64,000 nucleotides of DNA, taken from Octopus vulgaris. Taxonomy: Eukaryota. The notes under the pieces are model-generated. The model was not told the DNA's origin and made no database searches. It saw only the letters and a list, made by a program, of their open reading frames with translations. Position numbers and translations under genes: made by a program. The stretch covers positions 66,154,001 through 66,218,000 of the forward strand of contig OX597824.1 in NCBI GenBank assembly GCA_951406725.2, written 5' to 3'. How positions within the stretch are numbered: position 1 is the first letter of the stretch; every line of letters begins with the position of its first letter. This document shows, one piece after another, positions 13,561-25,010 of this stretch.

Positions 13561-16500
13561 GAGAGAAATATGTATTTATGTGTGTCTGTATGAGAGAGAA
13601 AGGGAGTAGTAAATGCATGTAAAGAAAATTAGTGAGATCACTTTTGAAATTAACAGATCCAGTACAATTCAATTGCATGTAATAATAATAATAATAATAA
13701 AGAAAAAGAAGAACAATCAGGGCAATTTAAAACCAACTACAAAATTTAGTATAAATATCTAAACCTGTAATAGGAGTTGCAATAAATGAAGTTTTCTAGA
13801 TTATTAACCTCATCATCTTTTTGTTTATTTTACTTTCCATTTTTCCAAAACATCTCCATTAGTTTAATCTATAATCATCAAAATAATCATCATCAATTTC
13901 AACATGAACAATGTCTTAATCTGGATGCAAGCTTTAGAAATGGTAATTTGCTAAAAATTTGTTTAATCAGGAGTCCATGATCTTTGCAGGGCCTCCAAGT
14001 TTGGTATGTGTACGTAGGTGTAAGGAAGGAGAACAAAACAATGACACATGAATTATATAAGGTCTTCATTCATTAGGGAAGCTTGACCATGTACCTTAGG
14101 ACAAAAGCACCAGTAGATAGCATCACGTATGTGCAGGCATCAGTAAAATTTTTCCAAGAAGATTATAGCTGTTGCTGATGCAAGCAAGTCTTCTATTTCT
14201 TGTACCATTGATATCATTGGTGAAAAGGATAAACAGCCAACTTAGGCCAATACAATTTGGCACCAAATTTCATTGTAAGTGCTCTGGTCAAAATGCAATG
14301 AGCTGAAACAGATAACCCGAGGTATCTTTGGTTGACTTGCTAACAGTTTTGTTGATCTATAGCCTGGACTGGTACTGGTTTTATTGATTCTGAATGGATG
14401 AAAAAAAAAGTTGATTTTGATAGGATTTGAACTCAGAGTACATAGACTCAGAGTTACTGTGAAGCATTCTATCCCAAGCCTTAAAGGCAGTCAATTCACT
14501 AATGAGTTGCCATAAAAAGGAGCAGTGAATTAATTTATGGTCAGGTTAGGAGAGATAGTTTTAGCCTCTAAAAATCATCACGCCACTGAATTCTTGAAGC
14601 TACAAAATAATGCATGATTAATTCTGAACATTGTTAAACATTACATAAACGTTACACCTGACAGAGTAATTTGGATGCTAAGGGGTTAAATATTTGCAAC
14701 AGAGTGGGCTTTACTAGAGGCATTCAAGGGCCAGGTGGTGGCGCTAAAATTAGGTGACAGGTTAAATCTACCTCTTAAGAACAGATACATTTTGACAGGC
14801 TTCAAAAACAGCTCCTATCAACATAATTTCATTCACAAGGTTTTGGTACAAAACACTTCGTTATGTGCCATGCAGTAAGATCAAATCCTGAATCTAGTGA
14901 CTGGAAAGCGAATGCACAGCCATTTCAGAGTTTAAAGTCCTAATCTACTAATTCAATCACACATAAGCAAATATAAGAGTAATTTTACAATACAGTTTCA
15001 CATTTTCAGTAATGGCAGCCACATTGAACTGACACTGGTGTTTCTGATTGTTTATCAGCTTAGATTTATTTTTACTAGCTTTCCACTGCCGTTCTGTATA
15101 TGTCAAAAAAATTCCAGACAAATTACCAGCCTCTTTTGTTTACAAAGAACATGCAACATGTCAAGAAGCTCAGATGTCAGATGTGCTTTCACAGTTGGCT
15201 GCAAGCATAAGACACTGTCTGTATTAATGGCAAGGCTTTATTTACAGTCAATGAACATGTAAAGACAAGGTAAAAATATGAGATTACATACATACACACA
15301 CGACAGGCTTCTTCAGTTTCTGTTAACTAGTCTAACTCACAGGGTATTGGTTGACCTGTGGCTAGAGTATAAAATGTTAACTAACAATGTTCACTCAGTA
15401 GGACTGAACTCACAGCCATGCCTGCATCTAAGTGAACTTCTTAAAAGAAAACAAAAAGAATTTGTGGAATATATAAAGTTAGAACAATGTTCACGAGTAA
15501 CACTATACTCTGTAGATTTCTCACCAGAGTATCACTTACTCAAGAGTGGTATGAAGTATAAAGATTTACATCCATCATTATCTCTACATGACTAATGAAT
15601 GGCTAAATGCCAAAATCAGGAATAGCTGAGCACAAATCGTGCATCAAAGGAAATCCTATATCAGTATGGAATACAGGTCCATTACAAAAGAACAAAGAAA
15701 CACAGGAATATTAAAGAAGCAGGACACATAGAACTAACAGATAACCCAATCAGTAAATTCAGTGCTTATATATGCTCAATATGGATATGGCTACTAACAA
15801 ATTAAAGATAGATCTTTTATCCGTTTCAGTCATTAGACTGCAGCCATGCTGGGGCATTGTGCTAAAATGCACAAATATTTGGGTATAGGCTCATTTGGAT
15901 TTTCAAATCCTTTGTTTATGAATAAAACATCTGAGTTCAAATTCAGTATGGGACAATGTACATATATAATAACCAGAAACCTAATGATGATCACAGAACA
16001 AACTATTCAAATTACTGTCCATAATGAAACAAAAGATGAGGTTAATACTCTGGAAATAATTCATCAATATACAATAAATCTATAAACATTCATTTATTAA
16101 TTGCTAAAACCTCTGACAGGGTCAATAAGATAACAATTATCCATTTTATATTGCTTTGAAAATCTCATATCAAGTTTGTGTGTGTGTGTGAGAGAGAGAG
16201 AGAGTGCGTGTGTGAGTGCGCACGCACATGCATGTATCCATCCATGTATGTAATTAGTACCATCAATATTGTATTTTGTTTAACCCCAAGTTAGCTCTAG
16301 TAAGGCTAAGTAATCATCAAAGGCATTCCAAACCCTTGCCATATTATCAACATGGCTTTCCCAAGATAGCAGAGTGAGACTTGAGGGAAATTTAGCTTCT
16401 ATTTCCAGTGGGTTATGCAGCCAGGTAAAAGCTCACTCATAGGCTTGCTTGCCATTACTATTGTTGCTAATGAGAGTGTTAGTGGCATGGATTTAACGAT

Positions 16501-18086
16501 TTACTCTAATCTTATTCTCAATGTTCTGAGATTAAATTATACTGGAGTTGACTATAATGTTCAATTCTTTGTGTTACTTTAATTGGGTACATCTCTGCTT
16601 CTACAAAAACAGCAATGTCTCTTAAGAAACCATTGATACAATACACAAGCAGAGATTACAGGATGATACGTAAATATGGTCATCTCTTTTGAGATATTCC
16701 TCACAAAAGTATTCAGCTGCTGTGGGAAGGAGTACTTTGACTGAGCTCTAATTGTGGGTCAAGTGTATCCTAAAGACAGGGAACATCTGACATATGGAGT
16801 ACATGTGTTCCCACAGCTGACAACTTGAAAAGTGACATCTAAAGTTAGATGCCACTCTGATCATCTTCATAGATGAAACTTTTTTTCCACCATCTATCTT
16901 GTTTCAGTCATTGGCTTGGCCAAATTAGGGTACTACTTTGAAGGGTTTAGTTGAAAAAAATCAATCTCAGTACATTTGTTTTGACATCTGATATTTATTC
17001 AATTGGTCTCTTTTGCTCAACCAGTAAGAGGGAGAAATCCATTCGCTCGCAATTTAGAACATAACGAGAGCTCTTCGTTAGGATTTGGAAGTGTTTTTTT
17101 ACCTTCTGAAGGTTTATAAATAAATGAAAAATTTATTTATACATCTGATATCACTGTTGATATCCTTTTATAGCAAAAAGAAAAACCAAGAAATCATCTT
17201 CACTTTTTAAAAAGATTCTTTGTACTGGTTCTCTGTTGGTGCCCTTGTGGCAAATAGAGGAATGATTATTATACAAGTAGCTGTGATTCTGTAATGATGA
17301 TGGGTTTCTAACATTGGCACAATGCCAGATATTTTATGGGAGAGATGTAAATGGTATAATAGATGCCAGTACTTGCTTGGTAGTTATTTTAATAACTCCA
17401 GAAAGATGAAAAGCAAAGTCTACCTCAGTGGGATTTGAACTCAAAATACATGGAGAAATAACTAAATACCACGAAGTACACTATTATGTCTGCAACTAAT
17501 TAACGATATAAACTATTATTAGTTTGAGCTTTGAGCTCAAGGCCACAAATATATAAGGAGAAATCAATCTCAGTTCTTGACAAGTATACTTCTTGTCAAA
17601 CCTAGAGAAATGGAAGCTTAAATTAACCTCTATAGAGGATTATTATTATTATCATTATTATTATGATGATATTATCATCATAATCATCACCATCATTAAT
17701 AATAATCCTTTCTACTATAGGCACAAGGCCTGAAATTTTGGGGCTGGAGACAGTCAATTATATTGACACTAGCACTCAACTGGTACTTATTTTTATTGAC
17801 CACAAGAGGATGAAAGACAAAGTCAACCCCAGAAGAATTTGAACTAAGAATGTAAAAGTGGATTATATTGACCCCAATGCTCAGCTGGTACTTATTTTAT
17901 CAGCCTCAAAAAGGATGAAAGGCAAATACAGCTTTGGTTGGATTATGAATATTAAAAATAATAACGTAAAACCAGAAGAGATGCCACCAGTGATTTTGAA
18001 GGGAGGGGAATAGTCAGTACCATTGACTCCAGTGCTTCCCTGGAGGGATGAAAAGTTAACTGTGGCAGATTTGAACTGAGAATCAT

Positions 18087-18143
<57 letters not shown>

Positions 18144-18246
18144 TATATATATACACACACATACATACATATATATATACACACACACATATACATACAC
18201 ACACACACATATATACACACACACACATATATACACACACACACAT

Positions 18247-18448
18247 AAATGTGAAACAAGGTGGAAAAAAGAGTACTCAAATACCAGTGGTAGAGTAATA
18301 TGCTTTATTTAAAGCAGCAGAAAATTCAACAAAACCTGTTACTCTGAGTTTCCCGTTGCCGTTCATTGGACAGTTTTTGCTAGATGAACAGCAACGGGGA
18401 AACTCAGAGTAACAGGTTTTGTTGAATTTTCTGCTGCTTTAAATAAAG
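18247..18448. mobile_element. Microsatellite-embedded fold-back element (arms 18303-18366 / 18384-18448), probable Penelope-type terminal repeat remnant
   Basis: Near-perfect inverted arms of about 64 bp. A second copy lies at 55011-55165 in the opposite orientation. Hammerhead-like motif on the minus strand at 18336-18373. Confidence 0.75.
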
Positions 18449-18825
18449 TATATATATATATATATACATACATACACATATATATATATATATATACACA
18501 CACACATATATATACACACACACACATATATATACACACATATATATATATATATACACACACATATATATATATATACACACACATATATACACACACA
18601 TATATACACACACATATATACACACACATATATACACACACACATATATACACACATATATATATACACATATATATATACACACACACACATATAAATA
18701 TATATACATATATATATACACACACACACACACACATATAAATATATATACACACATATACACACATATATATATATGCATAGATATGTACATAAATATA
18801 TATATGTCTTATCGATGTGTTTGGT

Positions 18826-18928
18826 TTCTTTCTTTCCCTGATGAAAAGATTGCATTGTTTTACACCATTTTATTCCTTCTGGAGTAATACCAATATTGTC
18901 TTTGAAACATATGTTGGAAGTAAAAGAA
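18826..18928 (+). ncRNA. Candidate minimal type I hammerhead ribozyme
   Basis: UUUCC-CUGAUGA(18838-18844)-AAAGAU...GUCUUU-GAAA(18904-18907)-CAUAUG-UU-GGAAG. All core nucleotides present, 6-bp helix II, palindromic helix III, 5-bp helix I extendable after an internal loop. Confidence 0.65.
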
Positions 18929-19125
18929 TTTGAATAACATCTGCATTTAACTCCATTTATCTAGATATACAAATATTTTCAAGACTATTGAAAAAGTTGC
19001 ATGAAGTAACGAAAATTTTAGGAAAATAAAAATAAGTGGAATTTTTATCGGTGAGTGTGTTAAATTATATGATACAAAAAGAAAATGATTCTCCCCAGAC
19101 AAAACAGTATACAAATATATATACG

Positions 19126-19157
<32 letters not shown>

Positions 19158-19246
19158 TATACATACTCATATATATACATATATATATATGCACACATAC
19201 ATACACAAGAAAACACACACATATACATATATATACACACACATAT

Positions 19247-19277
<31 letters not shown>

Positions 19278-19518
19278 CATATATACACACATATATATAC
19301 ATATATATACACACACACATATACACACACACACATATACATATATATACACACACACACATATACATACACACATATACATATATACACACACACATAC
19401 ATATATACACACACACATATACATACACACATATACATATATACACACACACATATACATATACACACACACATATACATATACACACACACATATACAT
19501 ATACACACACACATATAC

Positions 19519-19549
<31 letters not shown>

Positions 19550-20224
19550 CACACACACATATACATATATACACACACACATATATACATATATATATAC
19601 ACACACACACACATTTACACACACATATATACATATAGGCTGGAGACTTAGAAATTCAGAAAAAAAAGGGTAAATAATTAATGAGGCACCTAGAACCATG
19701 TTTCTTTTTAAATGTAGACACAAAAAAGAAATATACAAAAAAAAAACATTACAATCAATAATTAATCAAATGCCTAACATGAATTAATAGGACTATAGTT
19801 TTTCAGTTTATTAAACCCAATCTCTTTTAAAATTCATTGCTAGAATGGAATGTAAAAGAAAAATGAAACCAATGTTCATCACTAAAATATAACCTTAATA
19901 GCCCCAAAAGTTATAATCTTATCTTGTAAGTTTTGAAAAACACACACACAAAAAAACCCCAATGTTTTCTGTTCAAATGGTAGGTCAGTTTATAAGTTCC
20001 CAATGACACAACTGATGTGTTTGGGAAACGTTGCTAAGGAAATAAATTAATAAATTAAGAAAAACAACACAAAATAATGAAGGAAAAAAATAACTTTGTT
20101 ATTCTAAAAAATTTTTAAATAATTAAGAAATGAAATAAAGAGAGAGAAAGAGAAACAGAGAAAGAAAGAGAGAGAGAGAGAGCAAGGGAGAGAAAGAGTT
20201 TCTAGGCATTAGGGAGTCACATAC

Positions 20225-20287
20225 CGCATGAGTGTCAGAGTCGGGTCTCTTGTAGTTGTCTTCACTCAAAGATTTCACGGGACTAGC
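20225..20287 (-). CDS. PACS: PACS-family protein, internal exon (ASPVKSLSEDNYKRPDSDTHA), phase 0-0
   Basis: ctgttaacag|GCTAGT...CATGCG|gtatgt, 63 nt, open and frame-compatible. Only weakly conserved (ends SDT-x-A like the corresponding PACS2 segment). Confidence 0.75.
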
Positions 20288-20399
20288 CTGTTAACAGACG
20301 GAATTCAAAGACAATGATAATAAGGTGGCATTTCTGAAAAGACCAGCTTTTGAGCTGATTGGAAGGAAGTTTTAGCCACCTAAGCATTGTGAGGGAGAG

Positions 20400-20680
20400 T
20401 TTATCTACCAATAAGGGGAGTGGAGGAGTTAGTAATCAGGTATGTGAAAGAGGAGGGGAGGGTGGTTAACCATTTAGTATTCAGAGGGAAGAGAGTAGTT
20501 AAGTTGGTAGAGGGAATGTGGTTAGTCCTCTGGTAGAAAGCAAGATGGGATAGTTAGTTCTCTGGCAGAGAGAGATAGAGAGGCAGGGAATGGTTAGTCC
20601 TCTAGCAGAAAGAGGGTGGGGTTAGTTAGTCATTTGGTGCAGAGAGAGAGGTAGGTATTTAGTCATCTGATACAATAAGG
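20400..20680 (+). repeat. Degenerate purine-rich tandem repeat (unit about 30 bp, ggttagtcctctggtagaaagagg-like)
   Basis: Recurring gg/tagttagt(c)..ctggt/cag motifs separated by GA-rich spacers. Confidence 0.55.
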
Positions 20681-21213
20681 TAGGAAATTATTAATTTATT
20701 AGTTACTGGAAGTTTTCACCAACTATGGAGCACACACAAGCTTTTTGTAGACATCTCTTCCCTTTATACATATTATCAAAGAAAAATAAAAGGAATGGGT
20801 GGAAAGGAGAAATGGAAGGTACAATTGAGAGGTGCTTGTACTTGTTTTCTAGTTTGTTTAAATGAACAGAAAAAAAAAAAAAAAAAAAGAAAATTCCACT
20901 CCTCCATCACTGTTAAATGGTCAACAATAGGAAGAGCAGCACCATTTAAAAAAACAACTGATAAAAATGATTAACCTTACCACCCATGCAAGCATGGAAA
21001 GAAATATGCAAAACAGTAACAAGAAAAAACTACAAAACAAAATCCCAGTTAGAAAGACAATGAGTAATGCCCCGTAATCTTGATAAATATTTTCCAAGTG
21101 AAGGACTGGGCAAGGGTCATTGCTAAGTGCTAGGTTGTTCAAGTTTCATCTAAGATGGTGATTAGCAAGATCATGAGGAGAAAAAAATTTTTATGAACAT
21201 AAACATATTTACA

Positions 21214-21254
<41 letters not shown>

Positions 21255-21277
21255 CATACATATATATATATATATAC

Positions 21278-21310
<33 letters not shown>

Positions 21311-21716
21311 CATACATACATACATATATATATATATAAACAACTTTTAAGTGTAGGAGGATTTAAAGGAAAGAAGCAGTTTGAGATTAAACTTGGCTCC
21401 TTCTTATGAGTAATATGTCCAGGTATGATGTTACATGCTCTTTGGTCATTAGAAACACACAAACACATTCACACACATTAGCAACAAAGGCAGTATTAGT
21501 ACTGGTGGGGTAATATTCATCCCTACTTAACCATAGACATTCTGTTAGAACAAAATATGCTGCGGTAGCTACCATGAGAGAAACTATCCAACTGGTTTTT
21601 AGTGCAAAATGCACTCTTATTTATATTGCTTGTGGGGAGATAAATCCCTACCACTTCCAGTGACAAGGCCACCAGACCACATGATTTCAACCTTCCTTGG
21701 TTTTATCAATAGAGGG

Positions 21717-21762
<46 letters not shown>

Positions 21763-22120
21763 ATAACACTGGTTCAATAAAGAATCTTATAACCTAGATA
21801 CAAAAAGTGTGTGTGCATATGTAGTAAAATAAATAAAAGAGTACAGTAGGCTTGCTGTGAGGAGTGGAAAATTCAACAGCAAACTTTTACATACTCTGCT
21901 CTTATTTCTCTCCTTTAAGATTTTCAGGACACTTCCTGAAACACTGGATTTTCCGCTCCTCATGTTGAGTTCACTGTACTCCTTTTGTTTGTTGATTTTA
22001 CTGATGCTGACCATCTCTAAACCCTTTGGAGTCTTTTTGATTATATATATAACATTAATATATATATATATATATGCATATATGTACATATATATATGTA
22101 TATACATATGCATATATGGG

Positions 22121-22547
22121 TACAGGACGTCATAAAAAAACCGTAAACAACATGAAACATGGAAAACAAACTTATTTTGCTAACAACAAAAGAAACAAAT
22201 GGAAAACAAGACAAGCAACATAAAGAATGACCCTTCATCAGTTGTCAGCTGTTTTTCTATTCTGTATTTCGAGCAAGTCACGACTGTCCTGTTTTTCTTT
22301 TTTTTTTTTATATCAACTTTGACTCTCCACAAAATCCCAAATCTTATTTAATTTGCTTTGCGGGAGCAACTGTTTTGTCAAAGGTGTATCTTGTCATGAA
22401 TTGCTTGAAATACGGAGTAGAAAAACAGCCAACAACTGATGAAGGGTTGTTCTTTATGTTGCTTGTCTTGTTTTCCATTTGTTCAGAAAAAAGTTTGTAT
22501 TCCATGTTTTCGTATTTCATGTTGTTTACGTTCTATGACATCCTGTA
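22121..22547. mobile_element. (TA)n-embedded fold-back element, arms about 22121-22284 / 22393-22547
   Basis: acaaatggaaaacaagacaagcaacataaagaatgacccttcatcagttg is complementary to caactgatgaagggttgttctttatgttgcttgtcttgttttccatttgt. Termini tacaggacgtcata / tatgacatcctgta. TA tracts on both sides. Confidence 0.8.
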
Positions 22548-22607
22548 GCATTCTATGCATATGTATATACATATATATGTAAGTATGTACATATATGAAT
22601 GTATATA

Positions 22608-22659
<52 letters not shown>

Positions 22660-22660
<1 letters not shown>

Positions 22661-23215
22661 CTTATCACCACTTAAACAAGGCTGTTCTGTAGGAACCAAT
22701 GTTACTGTTATTTTTAACTCCAGGAGAACGCTTCCTCCAGCTGATCATTTGATGCAATCTGAGGTTAAAAATAGGAGCCATATTTAAATGGTGATAAGCC
22801 TTACTTCTCAATATAGGTACTGCTTTCATCACTTATAGAGATTACCCAACTAGCTAATTTGCTTGTTACAAGATCAGAGACTGTGTCACTTGTTCTCTAT
22901 ATATTGCGAGCTGTAGTGTATTACTGCTGTCTCTAGTGGATAAGTATTCACCACTGAGGAAGACCACAAAGAGGTCGAAACTGTACAGACTAATGGCTGG
23001 AAGATGGTAGGGGTTCATTCCCCTGCTTGTAATATATATCGGGTGTAGATTACATTGAATAATGCAGCTGGAAGAGTCACCCTCCTGGGGTTAAAAATAG
23101 CAGTAATGTCGGTTCCTGTGGAACAGCTATATTTAAGTGGTAATAAGCATTACTTCTCAGTATGGCTACTGCTTTCACCTCTAATAGAGATTTTCTAACT
23201 AACTAATTTGCTTAC
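22660..23215 (+). mobile_element. Penelope-like terminal-repeat remnant: inverted plus direct repeats with a decayed hammerhead motif
   Basis: Inverted copy 22668-22743 vs about 23065-23140; direct repeat about 22780-22865 vs 23128-23213; CUGAGGA-A-GACC..GGUC-GAAA-CUGUACAG at 22954-22988; flanked by microsatellites. Confidence 0.65.
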
Positions 23216-24589
23216 ACACACACACACACATATATACAGCATGAGCTTTAGAAAATATTTTGATGAGGTATAGTACTCTATGAATTGTAAGGGTACCACT
23301 GTTGAAAATTTCATCTTCGTGTAGTGTATTTAGAGAAAGAGAGATTGGTAGAATCCTTTTCTAAACAATATCCATGAGAAGACTTGAACAGAATATTGAA
23401 AGAGATGAAAAGCACTGATCAATTTCTTTACTGCTGCTTGTTTCTATATTTATAAGTTGTAACTATTTAATACCTACTGCAACTGAGGATCAAGGGCTTT
23501 TGTCATAAATATAGCTCAGCACTAGTCACAAGATACAAACCATTAACGCTTTGGTTTATTTCTCAACCATTCTATAATCTTGAATCCATTGATTTTAAAA
23601 CCTGAAAGCTTCTTCTTAAAAAAAAAAAAAGTATTTCATTAATACAGATGGCAAAACCTGTATTAAATTCTTGACCAAACAAGAATTGATGGTGACGAAT
23701 TCAAACTGAAATTGTCAGAGGTTATGGGAATAGTTAAAAAGCTTAATTTTGTTTGGGAGAAAGGAAAAGTCACTTGAGTTGGTTCCAAAATAATACTGGT
23801 ATTTATCCTAGGCAGAATAAAAAGTGAAATTGAATCTGGTGGAATTTGAAATGAGAGAAGTGAAATAGTGGAAAGTAAATACACTTCTCATGCTAACAGC
23901 AACTGAACTTACCACACTCCTGTAGAACCCTCCTAAATACACTAAAGTGTTTCATGTGGCACTCTATAGTCACAATGAGAGAGAAAAATTACATTCAAAA
24001 GAACATTAGACATTAAGTAAATCATTTTGATGCAAGACAAAAAACCTACTGGAGATTCTGTACTAAAAAAAAAAAGAAGTTTTCCTTAAAGAGACAATTA
24101 AAGAATAAGGGTGTCATTATTTAAAATTCTTTAATAAAAACTTAATAGATTAAAAAAAAAGTACATACACTTAAGATCACCTAAAACATTTTGAAAGGAT
24201 AAGAGTAATTTGTTTTCTTTTGAAGTGAATAAAAAGACTTCAAAGAAACACACTTAAAAAAAAAATGAGTGAACTAGATATAACTTATGACATTTATTAT
24301 CATTAACCTGATTCATACCCACCCATACCTTTTAGAATGAGCGGGGCATGGGACATGGATCAACTACCATCTGGTAGTTGTAAGCTTTATGAAAATGAAA
24401 TGCCACACAAATAGTATTTTTAGAACAGACTTAAAAAGTGTAAAAAAAAAATGAATAATGAATATCTCAGCATTAGCTGCAAGTACAAAGACTTGGGTGT
24501 GCTGGTGCAGTTGTGCATTAATTGGACAAGGATGTTTGGTGCTGCTTATAGCTGAGCAGGAGGACAAAGGTGTGAGTCTTTGGATCTCT

Positions 24590-25010
24590 GCTTCCACCTA
24601 TTCAGCTGTTAAATTTGGACAATGTTGGAGCTCTTAGGGGCTACCTGAACACCTTTGGTACCAGGATGCTTGGGTTACTGTTGGTTAGATTGTACCCAAC
24701 TAATGACAATACCCAGAAACTGGGACAATGCTCGTTATTTTTATGATTCAGCAATATCAGCTTAGATTGTTTGATCATGTTGCTCAATTTTATGAGTTGG
24801 ATCCTGCATACCATATTCTCTTTTCTGAGGATTCAGCTGGGGTGGCAGCTTGTGTTGGTTGGCCACATGCCTCATGGTCATGGCGAATGAGGAAGTATTT
24901 TGTGGAGTTGAACACTACTCTGAGGGTTGCTCGGGATGACCTAAGTAGATAGTGACAAATGGTGGATGTAGTGACACACTGCAGTGACACCTGATGCATA
25001 TCTGACCTGA
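24590..25010 (+). mobile_element. Decayed RTE-clade LINE 3' fragment
   Basis: ORF 24728..24952 IQQYQLRLFDHVAQFYELDPAYHILFSEDSAG..VGWPHASW resembles the RTE C-terminal motif RQLRLFGHVAR..DPA.RIL....GRPR.SW. Confidence 0.75.

Larger units (their letters stand above)
18086..19636. repeat. Compound (CA)n/(TA)n microsatellite field, three tracts (18086-18246, 18449-18805, 19108-19636) hosting two inserted elements
   Basis: Direct reading of the sequence. Confidence 0.95.

Noticed and set aside
20290-20340. Upstream alternative acceptor (cttttcag) for the 20287 exon
   Set aside because: Would add 46 nt, shift the frame and reach a TAG.
21787-22113. 108-aa minus-strand ORF as a PACS exon
   Set aside because: Sits in a TA-flanked inverted-repeat insert, with no good splice sites and no PACS similarity.
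22400-22450. GAAA...CTGATGA in permuted (type II) order within the 22121 hairpin
   Set aside because: Helices I and III cannot be built around an NUH site, so it is not called a ribozyme.
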